Assembly (NCBI GenBank): GCA_029007785.1
Contig: JAQXIM010000137.1
Span: 4,429 to 68,428, forward strand
Reading direction: 5' to 3'
Origin: Clostridiales bacterium
GTDB taxonomy: Bacteria; Bacillota; Clostridia; Lachnospirales; Lachnospiraceae
Length of the DNA stretch: 64,000 bases
Shown piece after piece: positions 63,638 to 64,000 of the stretch. The number at the start of each line of letters is the position of its first letter. Position 1 is the first letter of the stretch. The notes under the pieces were generated by a model. The model had not been told where the DNA came from and made no database searches. It worked only from the letters and a program-made list of their open reading frames with translations. Made by a program: the position numbers and the translations under genes.

Positions 63638-64000
63638 AGATACTTTTAATCAGTGATACCCACGGACGGTTGGATAATTTTCGAAGAATTCTGAAGTCCG
63701 TGGGGCCCATGGATTGGGTTCTCCATATGGGTGATGTAACCGGAGATGAGGAACTGGTGAAGGCGGAAGCAGGCTGTCCCGTTGAATTTGTTGCCGGTAA
63801 CTGTGACCGAATGAGTCAGGAACCCTGGGATCGATTCCTTAGTCTGGGAGGTCATGGAATCCTGATGACCCACGGTCATCGTTATCACGTAAATTATGGA
63901 TTGGATGAACTGGAAGAAGCGGCAGAACTTTGGGAAGCAGATGTGGTGCTCTATGGACATACCCATGTGCCGGAAATTACATATCGGGGCGATCGGGTCT
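63634..64000 (+). CDS. YfcE/MJ0936-type metallophosphoesterase (partial, runs off the window)
   Basis: My own translation gives MKILLISDTHG..., HMGDV, GNCD, HGH, and GHTH. There is an ATGA overlap with rdgB. It is absent from the ORF track because no stop lies in the window. Confidence 0.8.
   Translation, partial: MKILLISDTHGRLDNFRRILKSVGPMDWVLHMGDVTGDEELVKAEAGCPVEFVAGNCDRMSQEPWDRFLSLGGHGILMTHGHRYHVNYGLDELEEAAELWEADVVLYGHTHVPEITYRGDRV

Noticed and set aside
63646-63966. 106-aa minus-strand ORF at the window end
   Set aside because: It is antisense to a plus-strand reading frame with all metallophosphoesterase motifs (DTHG, GDV, GNCD, HGH, GHTH) that starts at 63634 and leaves the window.

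Overview
This 64-kb window looks like chromosomal DNA from a Firmicutes/Clostridia-type anaerobe. Supporting signals are a T-box leader, a CIRCE operator, cdaA-cdaR, purine-rich Shine-Dalgarno sites and ATGA-type start/stop overlaps. Coding density is high and mostly on the plus strand. All calls come from reading the ORF translations and the DNA by eye; no database search was run.

Gene content, in order:
- TipAS-type MerR regulator, histidine phosphatase and a YbaK-like deacylase.
- PucR regulator and a T-box-controlled TrpB2-like enzyme.
- Membrane-tethered MerR, YbjQ and a small Cys-rich ORF, followed by a COG1237-type MBL hydrolase.
- A roughly 13-kb co-directional selenium plus molybdenum-cofactor supercluster: selD, yedF, cysteine desulfurase-like, ModE-N-like, DUF3343, yqeB, MoeA-like, moaA, MOSC, xdhC, modABC, yqeC, moaC, mogA.
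- A visibly AT-richer islet with a secreted orphan, an IS66 transposase relic and a membrane orphan.
- CIRCE-hsp20 and a zinc-finger-less DnaJ, then a 798-aa orphan plus a Nudix protein.
- A RecD2 helicase fused to DUF4186.
- A GldA/F/G-like ABC system with DUF4340.
- HAD-ppx-ppk1, an AMP-ligase, thiM, a MATE exporter, an XRE-cupin regulator and an M24 peptidase.
- A five-gene Opp/Dpp-type transporter, two membrane orphans, cdaA-cdaR, leuA and DUF1700.
- An N/R/Q-rich mini-protein, a rhodanese, a THUMP methyltransferase, rdgB and a partial yfcE-like phosphoesterase.

Most interesting observations:
1. The consolidated Se/Mo maturation locus. The YqeB, YqeC, YedF and DUF3343 steps have no known biochemistry.
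2. Tandem duplications that sit exactly on gene boundaries and translation-initiation regions. These include GGA-rich 11-nt repeats and chained 26-codon uORFs in front of yqeC.
3. The 798-aa orphan with its Nudix neighbour.
4. The RecD2-DUF4186 fusion.

No CRISPR array, rRNA or complete tRNA was seen.
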